This document shows positions 1-13,989 of a DNA stretch of 64,000 nt, piece by piece. The stretch spans positions 5,704,001 to 5,768,000 of the forward strand of contig NC_043017.1 of the NCBI RefSeq assembly GCF_006345805.1, given 5' to 3'. The position numbers and the translations under genes were made by a program. Source of the stretch: Octopus sinensis (Eukaryota). Position 1 is the stretch's first letter, and the number at the start of each line of letters is the position of its first letter. The notes under the pieces are model-generated. The model worked only from the letters and a program-made list of their open reading frames with translations. It ran no database searches and was not told the DNA's origin.

Positions 1-249
1 TTGGGAGAGAAAGAGAGATCGATAGCTAGATGTGATCGTTGCAGATTAACTACGGGCCAGCACTCGTGAAAGAGGTTCATTTGGATATATTATTTACAGG
101 ACTATATTATCAACTCATTCTTTATTAAAATAGTAAATTGTGATTTCATGGAAATATGGCAGCGGTTTTTAGCAGAAGGGTCGGCCAGATGTGTAGAGGT
201 TCCCTCACTGGCTTATGAGCATTTATATATATATATATGTATATGCATG

Positions 250-570
250 TGAAGGCGAATGGTTTAGTGGGGCTCACGATTGCAAGGTCGTGAGTTCAAT
301 TCCCGGCGATACGTTGTGTCCTTGAGCAAGACACTTTACTTTTTATTTTTCACGTTGCTCCAGTCCACTCAGCTGGCAAAAATGAGTAGTACCTGTATTT
401 CAAAGAGGCCAGCCTTGTCACACTCTGTATCACGCTGAATCTCCTGAGAACTACGTTAACGGTACACGTGTCTGCGGAGTGCTCAGCCATATGCACGTTA
501 ATTTCACGAGCAGGCTATTCCGTTGATCGGATTAACTGGAACCCTTATCGTCGTTACCGATGGAGTGCCA
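250..570 (+). mobile_element. tRNA-derived SINE, family C head (V-SINE-like body) with long GGAGTGCCA-ending tail
   Basis: Degenerate A box (TGGTTTAGTGG), B box (GAGTTCAATTCC), body GTGTCCTTGAGCAAGACACTT...GTTGCTCCAGTCCACTCAGCTGGCAAAAATGAGT shared with copies at 40797 and 47055; the tail recurs reversed at 22545-22650. Confidence 0.85.
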
Positions 571-608
571 TATATAAATATTTGTATGTAATATCATATG
601 TATAGTTA

Positions 609-828
609 GGGCGGCAAGCTCAGCAGAATCGTTAGCATGCCGAGTAAAATGCTTAGCGGCGTTTCGTCTGTCTTTACGTTCTGAATTCAAATTCCTCCCA
701 GGTCGACTTTGCCTATCATCCTTTCGGGGATAATAAAATAAGTACCAGTTGACTACTGGTGTCGACCTAATTGACTTATCCCCTCCCCCCATTAATGCTG
801 GCCTTGTGCCAGAATTTGAAATCAATAT
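609..828 (+). mobile_element. SINE family A
   Basis: GGCGGC(A/G)AGCT..GCAGAA head, GTTCTGA.TTCAAATTCC B-box region, GGTCGACTTTGCC.TCATCCTTTCGGG..ATAAAATAAGTACCAG core; more than 15 related copies in the window. Confidence 0.9.
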
Positions 829-1677
829 CATGTGCACAGTTATTTGAAAAATGTTCACTTCAGCCAATTTCAGATCCTTCTTTACATGTGCGCGAGGTTG
901 TGCAGGTGTATGTGAATACGTGTATGTCAGAACATATTTTCTTACATTCACAGAGCCCCCACCCCCACACAAACACACACACTCCCTCTCTCCCTCCCAC
1001 ATACACACATGCACACACGCACACACACACACACAATTCTATGTAAGTATGTGTGTTCATGTATGCAAATGTTTTTTACATGATTAGTAACTGACAAATT
1101 TTTTATCTTTCTGACGTCAACTCTAGACAATAAACATAAACATGAGTGGTGTTTGGTAGCTAAGTCGGGTAGTCAGAACTGGCACCCTGCCTACCTATCA
1201 AACTTGCCATGTACTGCCATGTTGCGGCTAGGGTGGAATGTAAAGCCAACGGTGGTGGTGGTGGTGGTGGTGGTGATGGCGCTGGCAGTGATAACAAATT
1301 GCATTGACTCTATTTCTACCTGAATTCCTAAGTTTCGCCTCACATAGTTTGCTTTTTTGAATACAGAAACACACACACACACATACACACACACACACGC
1401 ACGCACACACTCTAACATATACTGCATATAATTATATATATATATATATGCGTGCATATATTTATGTACATAGGAATATGTATTTATATTTGTATATACG
1501 CTATCAGACATAATTATATAGACCTATCAGACTCTATATATTTGTAACATATGGTTGCATTGAGTACTTTTATGTTCTTTTTTCTGCCACAAAATAAACA
1601 AAAACTATACACATACATACATATATATACATACATGCATGCATACACACGTACTTATATATGTATATATATTTTTT

Positions 1678-1870
1678 CTTTTACTTGTTTCAGTCATTTG
1701 ACTGCGGCCATGCTTGAGCACAACCTTTAATCGAATGTATCGACCCAGAACTTATTCTTTGTAAGCGTAGTACTTATTCGATCGGTCTCTTTTGCTGAAC
1801 CGCTAAGTTACGGGGATGTAAACACACCATCGATTGTCAAGTGATGGTGGTGGAGAACACAATCGCACAA
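1678..1870 (-). mobile_element. SINE family B, 3' half
   Basis: TTACTTGTTTCAGTCATTTGACTGCGGCCATGC...GAACCGCTAAGTTACGGGG matches the full-length copies at 52045 and 56713; truncated at the internal microsatellite. Confidence 0.85.
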
Positions 1871-1931
1871 ATACATACATACATGCATACATACATACAT
1901 ACAAACGCCCCTTGTGGGTAGTAATAAAATC

Positions 1932-1992
<61 letters not shown>

Positions 1993-2099
1993 CACATACA
2001 CACACATTCACACACGCACACACACACACAGACACACACACCACACACATACACATGTATGTATGTATTTGCGTGAGTGTTGTGTCGTTGTGTATACGT

Positions 2100-2280
2100 T
2101 TGATCTCCACCACCGCTTGTCAATCGCTGTTGGTTTGTTTGTGTTTCAGTAGGTTAGGGATTCGGCAAAGAAAGTCGATAGAATAAATGCCAGACTTAGA
2201 AAGTTCGTAATGGAATCCATTTCTTTGATTTACACCCTTGAAGGTAGCGCTCCAGCATGGCTGCTGACTAATGATTGATG
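2100..2280 (+). mobile_element. SINE family B, degenerate 3' half
   Basis: TTCGGCAAAGAAAGTCGATAGAATAA...GCGCTCCAGCATGGCTGC is the sense-strand family B tail. Confidence 0.7.
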
Positions 2281-2491
2281 CACACACATAGATTGAACAG
2301 TTGAAAGAATAAAACCGGCATCTCACAGAATTGATCATTGCACGCCGGAGTATGCAATATGACACTCAGCTAGACGGCGATGTGGCATTTCTGGAAAGAT
2401 AGTTCTGTTTTGAGTTGTGCCTCAACTGTGTGGCCAATTACCTGTAGCAACAACAGACCAACAGAGAAGCCTCAGCAGAGCCTTTCATTTT

Positions 2492-2650
2492 TCTAGAAAC
2501 AGCAGCTAAGTCTTACTGCATGATACCTATTATTTTTTTTTATAATGATAAAGCATGTATGAATAAAGGATTAGTTGGCCACGGGTGGAATGCTTTTGAT
2601 CATAGTTGTACTGGATTAGGGCTGGCCTGGGGCTAAACAACAACAGCAAC
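2492..2650 (+). repeat. Dispersed repeat family E ending in GGGGCTAAAC(AAC)n
   Basis: CTAGAAA(C/T)AGCAGC...GGAATGCTTTTGATCATAG...CCTGGGGCTAAACAACAAC; related copies at 24379, 36395 (minus), 42783 and 51556. Confidence 0.7.
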
Positions 2651-3750
2651 ATTAGTATTACTAGTAGTTGGCTACACAAAAGTAGTTGACGAGATTTTAA
2701 ATAGATTTGAACCTGTTTTGTTGTTTCATATTTACGACAATTGTAATAGCAAAAGTCAATCAATTAGAGACAGACAATGTAAGTTAATTTAGCAGTCTGA
2801 CAATATTGTCAATACATTGTAATTAACTACATTCACTTGTCATTTTACATATTTCTTCTCCTCTGTTCCTTTACTTATTCGCATTCTTTCGTTCTCTTTC
2901 TTTCCTTGTTTCTGTCTTTTTTTTCTTTCTTCGTCCCTCTCCCCCCTTTTTTCTTCATCACCACCACCACCACCACCACCATCACCATCACCACCATTAT
3001 CATCATTGTCATCATCGTCGTCGTCGTCGTCGTCATCATCATTTGTGTCTCTATGGTTACGTGATGCTGTCATGCTATGTTTGTAAAGTGTGTATTAGTG
3101 CTTGTGTGTATGCGTGTGTGTGTGTGCGCTTATGTCTATGTTTGTCTACGTGATTAAGTGTGTGTAAGGTTTGTGTGTAGGTGCTGCTACCTATGACTGT
3201 GCATGCGCACGTACCTGCGAGCGAAAGAGTGTGTGTTGGTGTGTTTATGTGCGAAATAGTGTACCTCACTCATTTATAGACACGTTCTGCAGAAAACAAT
3301 GAAGTAAACAAGATTTAAGGAAAAAAAAAAGACAAACAAAAGTTATCGTTGGTCACTGCTGGGCAGGAATGCAATACTGTCGGAAAATGCCGGAATCATT
3401 ATGCTTCCCATTTGCAGTTATGAAGAAAGTGTTCCGTTCTGCAAACTAGGGAAAATAGGGAATAACAAAAATTTCCAGGAAAAACTGTTGGACACTTTGG
3501 AAAGACACGAAAGGGCTTCGGAAAGACGGGAACGAGTTAAACAATAACAATACATCATCTATAACAGTGGCTCCCAAACTTTTTCAGGCTGCCCTATATA
3601 CATACATACACGCATAAACGCACGCACGCACACACACACACACATATATATATATATGCATACACATACATACGCACACATACAAACATACGTGGTTATA
3701 AGTAAACAGATTTAAATATGCGAAATTGTGTACATTGTGTGGGTGTAAAT

Positions 3751-3788
<38 letters not shown>

Positions 3789-4689
3789 AGCATAAGTAGG
3801 TAGGCTCGTGTTAGTGAGATTATATTAAGTGCCTGGTGGTAATTGATCGGCCTGGAAGTTGGCGGTGTGCCAAAATATCGGCAGACAAATTCGCAGAAAA
3901 GAATGTTGATCGTCACTCCAGCACCAGGCTGTTGTCTGGAAACTCTAGGTGCAATCAACCAACCAACCAACCAACTAGCCAACCAGCCAGCCAGCCAACC
4001 GACCAGCCACTAAGTTAGCCGGTCAACTAACCAGTCTGTACCAGCCAAAGAAGGCCTGTTTGTAAACTTTAGGTGTAAACAACCAGCCAGATAGCCTGTC
4101 AGCCATTTACTCCAGCACCAGGCAAAAGCCAGTTTTTTGGGAAACACATCTAATTTAATCGACAACAAACTGACCAACCAGCCGTTCAACTGACGGACAA
4201 TCAGTCAGAAAACTAACAACAGCGTTTCTGCGATTCCTCTAGTAATTTTGAGTTGATGAAACCTGAACAAAGACGAAAAAAGATACGCATGTGTACTGTT
4301 ACCACACAACACGATTTTAAAGGAATTATTCTAGTTTAGCATCGTTGTCCCGACATCCAACCGGTTTGAAATTCTGCTTTTTTGGGGTTTTTTTTTTTGT
4401 CTCTTATCTTTTACTTGTTTCAGGCATTAGACTGCGACCATACTGGGGCACTGCCATGAAAAAAATTTATATATATATATATTTATATATATATAAAATG
4501 GCGGTGCCCCAGCATGGTCACAGCTCATGAACTGAAACTGGAAAAATCAAAATCAAAATCAAATATATATATCAGTTTGACATTCAAAGCGACAGGCATT
4601 TATATTTTTATCTGACTAGCATGTTAAGAAACAGTTACTCTAGGAACTCTACCGGGATTTGAAACTAAAACCTTGTACATCACTCACAT

Positions 4690-6290
4690 GCAAAACCACA
4701 ATATTCTTAATTGTCCCTAAGATGGAAAAAAGACTTCAATAATGCATTACTCTGTTCTTAGAAGACTTTGGTAAAATGTGATCACTGTTTTGCAGAACTC
4801 TTTGTGGCAAAAGGAAGGAGATTAGATATTAAAGAGCATTTGCAATGTCAAAGGCACGAGGCGTGTGTTGTCAGCTCGTCACGATTGCATACTTTTTGGA
4901 AAATCATCAAATAATTAAGTTGAAGATACTCGTTCCTGCTAGAGAAGCTATTTATATTTTTAATACTGCTTCTCGTGACTTTGGATGCCAAACATGTGAC
5001 TCTTCGAAAAGGTAGTTCTCAAAGCCTTCTAGTCAAACTTTCGTCTAGTGCTGTCAATATGTGAAACCATAGTTTTAAATGTAATTGCATCAATGGCTAA
5101 ATCTGAGATTGCTAAACACCGGACTGGGACAAAATTTTACAGCAACTTCTATTGATGCTTCGAACCGAAAGGATGTTAAAATGACACCTTCCATTATTCG
5201 GCTACGACATTCCGGGTCAGTGAGTTCAAGTCAACTTTTGGATATGCACAGCTGAGATCATGACTAATGCCTTAGTCTCAGTTATTGCCAATCACAGGGT
5301 GATAGGAAAAGTTGTAGCATTTTGAGGCGTAAAGCGAAAAAGGGAGAACAATATTAAAATCAAACTATGGAGGAACATTGTTGTCATTGGCTGTGATGCA
5401 CACACTGCACCCCAAACAGCTTACCAATAAGAATAAAGGTACTTACTATGAACATTTTCAAATATTTTCACATGCTTATAGTTTGTGCAACTGCTAAAAG
5501 AATGTTGTGACTTTGCCAAAAGCTATTACATCATAATACCAGATTTTGGTCACCAGCAGTAAAAGAGAAAGCCAGTCTTTGTTTCCAAGAGCGCTGCTCA
5601 GGACTGATAAGACAATTCTTTGAACATGATTTTGGAGAAATGTAATTATGGCTTTTACAAGGATAGCTCAGCCTTTTTCGGAAAGCTATTCTGGCCATGA
5701 AGAAAGCTAATTCCATTGCAACAAATATCAAACTAGAATTGCAAAACCTCATTACATTACAAATATAAAAAAACCAAGAAACTGTGGATTTGTACAGCAA
5801 GAGGTAAAAGCCTTGCCGAGAAAATTTGTATGAATAGTGTAAACATTGGAAAGGAAAGAAAGAATTTAAATGTTTTCATGAAAAGACATCTTCCAACCTA
5901 GACTTATAGAAAGAGAACTTTGAAGAGGCGGGAGACTTCGTGTTGTTAAATTCTAGAAACACATCTTGGATCAGTGTTGAGAGGTTTGTAGGAGAATAGA
6001 AATAGACGTACGAGAATTGGTGATAACCAATCTAATAATGCAATAATCGATCATTCGATAAATAAGAAAGTAGTGATATTAAGTAATGATACTAACTCTT
6101 AGGAGACAGTCTAACTTAAAACGGAATGCATCTAATCCTAGGATGGATAATTTCATGATGGACATAAGAAGTAAGAAGTAGGCATAATCAGCTCTTCTGT
6201 AAACTGTAAAAATGTAAATTACTTTTCTGTCAAAATTATATTCCGAACTTCTTTGAAATACTAAATAGATAATATTCCTCGCAACTAAGT
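4690..6290 (+). pseudogene. Decayed hAT-superfamily transposase
   Basis: Manual translation across frameshifts and stops gives a BED-finger-like CDHC...DIKEHLQCQRH, ATSIDASNRKDVKMTPSIIR (first catalytic Asp), WRNIVVIGCDAH (CxxH), FKYFHM and KLLHHNTRFWSP (TRW-like), in the order typical of hAT transposases. Confidence 0.75.
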
Positions 6291-7597
6291 ATCAGTTATT
6301 TAATAAAAATACGGTTAATCTTACTTATTTTAAAAGTTTGTGGCTATCATAGCGACCTCAAATAGAAAAATAAAATGGACGGGATACCAGTATGCAAAGC
6401 CACATCTACAGTTAGCAACAAGGATAGAACATCAAATACTATTAGTATAAGAAAAATGGTTCCTGCAAATTTCCTGCTCAATCTGAAAGATTCAGCTCTG
6501 TAGAGACAGTAATATGAACAGCTCCTGCGCTATATCTCAATATGCCTCCGTCTTTTAACGTCTCCGGAAATTTATTGTGATCCAACATATCCTCAGATAC
6601 TTTTTAATAGGCATTTAAAAAAAGAATTGTTATAACCGTAATTGTAAATATAGAAATTTTATAGAATGTCCTCAAGTCGGGAATTGCGTACAGAAAATTG
6701 TTCTATACAAATGAACTGTTGAAACGAATCATAGTTTTAGATAGTACATAACTAACTTTCTCACGATGTGCATTTCTTTGCACAATCAATCATTTTGTAA
6801 TAATGAGCAGACATTTTCTTTGCAAAATACGTTTTTAGTATAAAATCAAAAGCAATAAAATTCTATCTGCATTGGTCTATTATCCATTCTATCATTCCTA
6901 ACCAGTAAACGCGTTGTGAATGTCGATTATGTATACGTAAGGTATTTGCTATCCTTATGACTGATAATCGGCACTTAATTAACAAATGAAATGAACTAAT
7001 TATTAATTGTATGCGTCAGATAAAGCGGTTATACTGTAACTACTTTACGCTGAATTAATTATCATCTCTTCATCAAGAATTAAACGGATGTTTTAGTATG
7101 CGTTCCATCCGCGTGTATCATATTAGGTTCCACTATTCAATTTCTTTCTCTGTTATTACCGACCTTCTAGTCTTCGACCAACATCTAATATTTAAAACAT
7201 GCCTATTAGCCACGATTGCCCAAGTATTTATCACATATACATTTTCTTCATATTTGTATTCTTCATATTAATTCATCATATAATTAATTCTACCACATGG
7301 TTCATGTCATTGTAAAATTAGTTATCTTACTCGTTTATCGGCCCCATTAAGTATCTTAATTAGTAATTCTTAATTTTCAATAAATGGGTTTTAAGAATAT
7401 TTTGGAAATTTTAATTTTAATTCTAATTTTAACATTTAATTTATGCTGTTACTATTATAAATATTAATTACTATTTTCGTCTGTATTATCTTTTGACCTA
7501 CACAGAGTAGTATATACCTATCACACATTATACACGTTGATATATATTGTAATATTAGTGTATCAGAATCATTTGACTACCCTCACTATTACTAAGG

Positions 7598-7770
7598 TTA
7601 AGGCAGCGAGCTGACAGAATTTCTTCTGGCACATTACGTTTTGAGTCCAAAACCTGCCGAGGTTAACTTTGTCTTTCATCATTCGGAATCGATAAAATGA
7701 AGTACCAGCCAAGTAGTGGGGTCGATGTAATCGACTGAAACGAGTGGCCCTGTGGTAAAATTTGAAATGC
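7598..7770 (+). mobile_element. SINE family A, internally deleted
   Basis: GGCAGCGAGCTGACAGAA head and GCCGAGGTTAACTTTGTCTTTCATC...GGGGTCGATGTAATCGAC core. Confidence 0.8.
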
Positions 7771-8128
7771 TAATATTGATAATTATTATTGTTGCTGTTA
7801 TTGTGTTATATTTCCTCTTTTGTAAGAAATATGGCATTGATAATAATATTAAAGCTAACGAGATCCGAATGACTTTCAAACTAATTTAGATTCTTCACAA
7901 ATTTACGCATTCTTTGGCGCACTTCCATTGCAGTTCAGTATGTCACTACTGACCATTAGTGGTTATTTTAAAACCACTGAAGTATAAGAATTCCTTTGGA
8001 CATAGTGTATCTCAATTACTCTTAGTAGCCTACTAACCCAAAATATGATTGCCCGTCATCTCTGTTTTTCTATATATGCTACCCTGATCTTTCTTTGTTG
8101 ATAGTTTTCCTTTTTCCTCTTTTCTTAC

Positions 8129-8225
8129 TCTTTTATACACAGGGTGCGGTGGGACTGAAACCGGAACCATGTGGTTGTGAAGCAAGCTTCTTACCATACA
8201 GCAAGCTTCTTGCCACACAGCCACG
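8129..8225 (-). mobile_element. SINE family B, tRNA-like head fragment
   Basis: GGTGGGACTGAAACCGGAACCATGTGGTT...AAGCAAGCTTCTTACCA..CAGCCAC matches family B heads; includes a local duplication of AGCAAGCTTCTT. Confidence 0.8.
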
Positions 8226-8362
<137 letters not shown>

Positions 8363-10897
8363 CACACACAAACGAAGGGAATATATAATTACCAATTTAA
8401 CAGAAACCAATTGGTCTATTTCGTATTTCGTAGATAGTGTTTACGCTTAGTGAATCTATATTTCCTGGGTAATCTTAACTGTATTTCTGACGTGAAAACA
8501 ATTCAGAAACATCAAATCCATTCTGTTATGTGATGAGCAGTGTAAAATTGTGAAGAAGAGGAAAAAATAACACTTGTAACGGCGCCTACACACACGTGCA
8601 CATGCGTGCACATGCGCACACATACGCGCACATAAGCGCACAATAGCGCGCGCGCAAGCACACGGAGACATACAGGTATTTTCACACTAACTCAACACAG
8701 ATAAATGTAATAAATATATAAGCGAAATAGATATTTTTCACGAAATACTTGTTATAATTCCTAAGTCAGCTTATTTCTAATCCGATTTGTATGGCTTCAC
8801 ACGCCGAATTAGATCAGCCACATCAAATAATCCAATCTGTTAAAGCTGGATTCGCCTTGTTGCGTTGCGTAGCATTGCATGGCATTCAGCGATGTGTTGT
8901 GTTGTGTTGTGTTGTGTTGTGTTATGTTGTGTTCCCTAATCAAAGTAAATGACCAAATTCCATAGGTTTCCATAGAAATATCATTGAAATGAAGATTGTA
9001 AACTGCTGTTTGTTACGTCATATACACTCGTTTCAATAAAAGAATATATAAACAAAGTTAAATATAAGGAAACGTAAAATGAAAGTAAAATCTCGAAACG
9101 AAAAAAAAAGCAACATTCTAGAAACAAAAAACCAAAAAAAAATCAACACTAAAGTTCTAAGAGAACCTCCTCACTACCTTCCCTTATTGACCACCCCAGA
9201 CCACGCACTTCTACATTCACGCAGATTGCTCCTTTTCATCTTTATACACATGTGCGCGCACACGCACGCACGCACGCATGTACTCATGCACGCACGCACG
9301 CATGTACTCATGCACGCACGCAGATTCTGTCTTCCTCCTCTCCACCCTCCTCCCTTTCTATAAACTTGTCATACAATTACACATTAATACACAAACGTTC
9401 TCTCTTATGCCTCAAACATCTTCTATTTAGACTCTCCGCCCTCTCTCTCTCCCCCTCTTAGACACAGATTCATAAACACTAACAGGTACATTCACACACA
9501 TACACGTACACATACATTAGTATACATACATACACTGGCATGCACACACACATACACTCATTGGTATACACTCACTGTTTTCATCTATTTTAATCTTTTT
9601 TACACACACAGGCATAAGCATTCTGTTGCACACGCACACATACACATACACGCACGCACGCAAACACATATACACCTTAATATACATACGTATATACGTA
9701 CATTCACACATACACTGGAGTACATACACATACTCATTGATATATACTCAGTGTTTTTATTTTCCATTTTAATCTTTACACACACAGACACACATACACG
9801 CACACACACGCACACATACACACATATGCATACATACGCACGTTTTCATCGCCACCCCCACCGCCGAATCCAAGCTCTGTAATGATCCAGTATTTCAGAG
9901 GTTGTCGTGATTTGCTGTGAAGTTCATACCGCTCTAGCAGAAAATCCAGAACTGAATTGTGGACTCGGTTTCTTGAAAGAATATTTCCGATTAACCATCA
10001 GTTAATCAGTTTTTACATTATAAATTCAAATTCTGTAGTTATCATTTTTTTCATTCTTTTAGGAGTAATGATATGATTAGTTAGCTCTTGGTCAGCAATG
10101 ATCGAGAATCAAAATAAGATGCAGTCACGATTGTTAAGCGATCTATCGTTGCATTTATATATATGTCTATATTTCAAAACAACAATGTGTTGAGTTATTT
10201 CACTTTATATAAACGAAGGAACTTAACCATTCGATAATTAGCTATCGGGAAAATAATTACCAGACAGAAATAAGTCGTAGGATCGATATGGCAGATCCAA
10301 TTTTTCCAGTTGTGCACTTATTTGGCCGCAATCTAATGACTGAATGTTGTAATTGTATAAAATTATAATGTATAAAAAAAGTAAGATATGTAAGGCTTGT
10401 GCCTATGGCTTTCATCTGTAAGCATGTCGTAATTTTATTCTGCCATAGAACTTTGTCTGAGACTAGAGTGCTTAGGAGTGATATATTGAATGGCGTGCTC
10501 AGAAAATTCTTGACTATTTAAAATCCTAGCGTCAGTTGTTAGCAACTTTCAAATAAAGGGGGAAGCAATTTCAAGTAATTAAGAATTGAACTCTCAGAAG
10601 GAAATTCTAATCTTTGCTTGCAGTTAATGGGGACAAATATGAATATTTTCTGGTCTAACAAACCTGTTTCAGTATAGTATAGTGTGACTAAGCTTGTCCA
10701 TCAGTTGACATACATTTTTACATATAGGAAGTAACAAATAATATTTGGCCAATAGCAGATTGTGTTATACCACATTGACGATTTTCTAAACTAGCTTATA
10801 CATTTTATCTGGGAATTGTACTTGTATCGCAATTACTTTGAACTCAATACTTCAAACACACACACATACACACACGCAATCACACACATACACACAT

Positions 10898-10937
<40 letters not shown>

Positions 10938-12108
10938 AAAGAGAGGATATGCACTTCGCAATAGGTTTTAGTTGCCATAATTATTTAGTTCTAAGCAAGT
11001 AGATTTATTATCACTTTTCTTTCTTCGCGTTTTGTTTGTCTATCCCGTTCCGTAAAGACCCTCCAGCAAATAACAGCAAATAGAAAGGGTGGCGGGGGTG
11101 AGGGAGCACATTATTGAATGCTCAAGGTTATTGTGTTTCCGCTTTAGGAAATTGTAAAATAGAATAACTACCACCTTCACCGCCACCCAATCTCTCACAG
11201 CCACTACTCTATCACTCAAAATAGTACAAAAAAGAAAAAAAACCACATCAATAATATGGCATTCAGGTTTAAGAAATTTCAAACTTTATTCCAATTAAGA
11301 GAACTGACGGAATTTATAGGTGGATCTGAGAGATGTTTTAAATGTAATAAATCAAGAGAAATTTAGTTACGTGCTTCTGCCATATATTTCCAGTTTTCTA
11401 TTTCATTCTAATCAATTTTCTTCTTTTACTTATTAATATGCTTTTCTTTTTCTATATATTCTTATCTTATACTTTTGTTGTTCTGTTTTGTTTTTGACTT
11501 TTATTCCAGCTCTTTTTAAGTAACAGAACTGAAAATCTAGAACAACAAAATGTAGTTTATTAAAATGGTTCTGCCAATTAACAGTAGCGGTGTGGTATTT
11601 TAAATTCTGAGATTTTAATTGCAGATATCAAACGCCCCTCTCCACCGCCTCCTAGTTCTCTCTTCTTTACTGAGTTCATTCTGTATTACCGCCACATACA
11701 CACATACACACAGTTGCATACACACACGCACACTTATATATGCATACTTATACATACACGTGAATAATTATTCTTAGTTTTCTGTGCTTTTTACAAAATA
11801 AAATCTGCAGTAACATGCATCGATGTTTAGTTAATCCGATATTAATCAGAAGGGAGAATTATGTAACATTTATATTTCACGTATAATCATTTTATCACAA
11901 CACGAAAATCTTAAAAACTCGGTTGCTCAAGACAAAACTGCTTATGCCCCTTCTTCCTGCCAGACGAATGAGCACGTGAGCATTTTATTGGATTTCTAAA
12001 GCCATGCAGTTTTTATTTTCATGGCTTGCAGATTTCACTTGCGCGTGTTTCCAACACAATGGCTGCTATAATGCAACCCTTGCAGCTTTGGCTGCATGTT
12101 TTCCTTAT

Positions 12109-12335
12109 GACGAGCTGGCAGAAGCATTAACGCGCCGGGCGAAATGCTTTGCGGTATTTCGTCTGCCGTTACGTTCTGAGTTCAAATTCCGCCGAGGTCG
12201 ACTTTGCCTTTCATCCTTTCGGGGTCGATAAAATAAGTACCAGTTACGCACTTGGGTCGATGTAATCGACTTAATACCTATGTCTGTCCTTGCTTGTCCC
12301 CTCTGTGTTTAGCCCCTTGTGGGCAATAAAGAAAT
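12109..12335 (+). mobile_element. SINE family A, near full length
   Basis: Close match to the family A consensus, including the GTTTAGCCCCTTGTGGG tail. Confidence 0.92.
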
Positions 12336-12444
12336 TTAATATTTTACAATATCTAATTTTGGTTCTTAACCAATTGATTTATTCCTTTTGTGACCATTTT
12401 AATTTAAACATATACAAACCGATATAAATAATTAATTCTAGTGA

Positions 12445-12630
12445 AATTTTGGGAGGGAGCTAATCGATTACATTGATCCCAGTGCGCAACTTGTACTTAT
12501 TTTATCGACCCCAAAAGGACGAAAGGCAAAGTCGACCTTGGTGGAATTTGAACCCGGAACATAAATACAGATGAAATGGCGTTAAGCATTTTACCCGGCG
12601 TGAGCACGCTTCTTGCTAGCTCGCCGACTT
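12445..12630 (-). mobile_element. SINE family A
   Basis: Reverse-complement core (TATCGACCCC..AAGGA.GAAAGGCAAAGTCGACC) and head (CTAGCTCGCCG). Confidence 0.88.
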
Positions 12631-13057
12631 AACAATAACAACAACAACTACGACGATCACAATGTAATTGCGTGCGAAATTAGTATCATAATTTTCCTCA
12701 GTTGCGTATCCAGAGAAGGTCTTTCATAAGAGAAGATCTTTCATAAAACGCGTTCGCCATCCTAACAGTTTTATATATGTAAAACTACATTATTCAATAT
12801 GTCCTTTCTTTTTAAACAATGCCAAGTGAGATTTCAGAGAATTTGCTTTTTCTAGCGGCTTTTTCATATTCCTCCTCCTCCTTGTCGTCGTCGTTGCTAC
12901 CGTCATCGTGGTTGTGTTCTTCTTTTTGCTCGTCGTCACCATCGACTAATGTCATTGTTGTTGTCATTATCACCAAAGTCAACGTCATGGTCGTTATTGT
13001 CCACATCGATAAAGTTGTCGTCGTCGTCATCATGAACATCATGGTCATCATCATCAC

Positions 13058-13165
13058 CTTCTTCTTCTTCTTCTTCTCTTCTTCTTCTTCTTCTTCTTCT
13101 TCTTCTTCTTCTTCTTCTTCTTCTTCTTCTTCTTCTTCTTCTTCTTCTTCTTCTTCTTCTTCTTC
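13058..13165. repeat. (TCT)n microsatellite
   Basis: Long pure TCT run; source of the poly-E and poly-S ORFs in the track. Confidence 0.95.
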
Positions 13166-13562
13166 ATACCATTCACTAATCATCATCAATCTTTTTGCTA
13201 GATGACCACCATCATAACTCCACTGTCAATTAGTTTAATTACACGAAATCATTACATTTATTCTAGCCGCTTTTCCATTGCATCCACATACTTTTCTCCC
13301 TATTTCTTCTCTTTCTCATCCTTGTATTATATACATCCTCCCCTCTCCTTCCCTCTATTAATCTCTCTCATTCATTCACCTTCTTAAATGTCACAATTTC
13401 TATATCTTCCCAACATCTCATATATTTCTATTATCTTACATTTTGTGTTTTCCCCTCTTTTCATATTTCACTGCATCTTCTCTCGAACCCCAACCTCTCA
13501 TTCACCTTGAGAAAATCTTTTACGTATATTACTCCATTATAACCATTAATATATATATATGA

Positions 13563-13730
13563 AAGGCGGCAAGTTGGCAGAATTGTTGGCATGTCGGATA
13601 TAATGCTTAGCTGCATTCTGTATGTTTTTACGTTCTGAGTACAAATTCCCTTGAGACCAACTTTGGAAGGTCGATAAAATAAGTACTAGTTGAAGACAGG
13701 CGTCGATGTAACCGACTAGCCACCTCTCTC
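13563..13730 (+). mobile_element. SINE family A, degenerate
   Basis: GGCGGCAAGTTGGCAGAA head; GGTCGATAAAATAAGTAC core. Confidence 0.82.
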
Positions 13731-13989
13731 AGAACGGTTGCTCAAGTACACTGCCTGACTCACTCACACACACACACACATAGTTATATACTCCTTAACT
13801 ATTCATTCATATTGGGTTTTGCATAACATTAGCATTTGACTTTCCCACCTCTTTTTACGGTTTATTATCGGAAGAAAATTGTTTGTATGTCACAAAGATT
13901 ATATGGTGTAACTTTGACACGTCTTTCTTATTTAGCCCCAAATCAACTCTGAATCGCGATCACCTCACCTTTTTTTCTAGCATAATACT

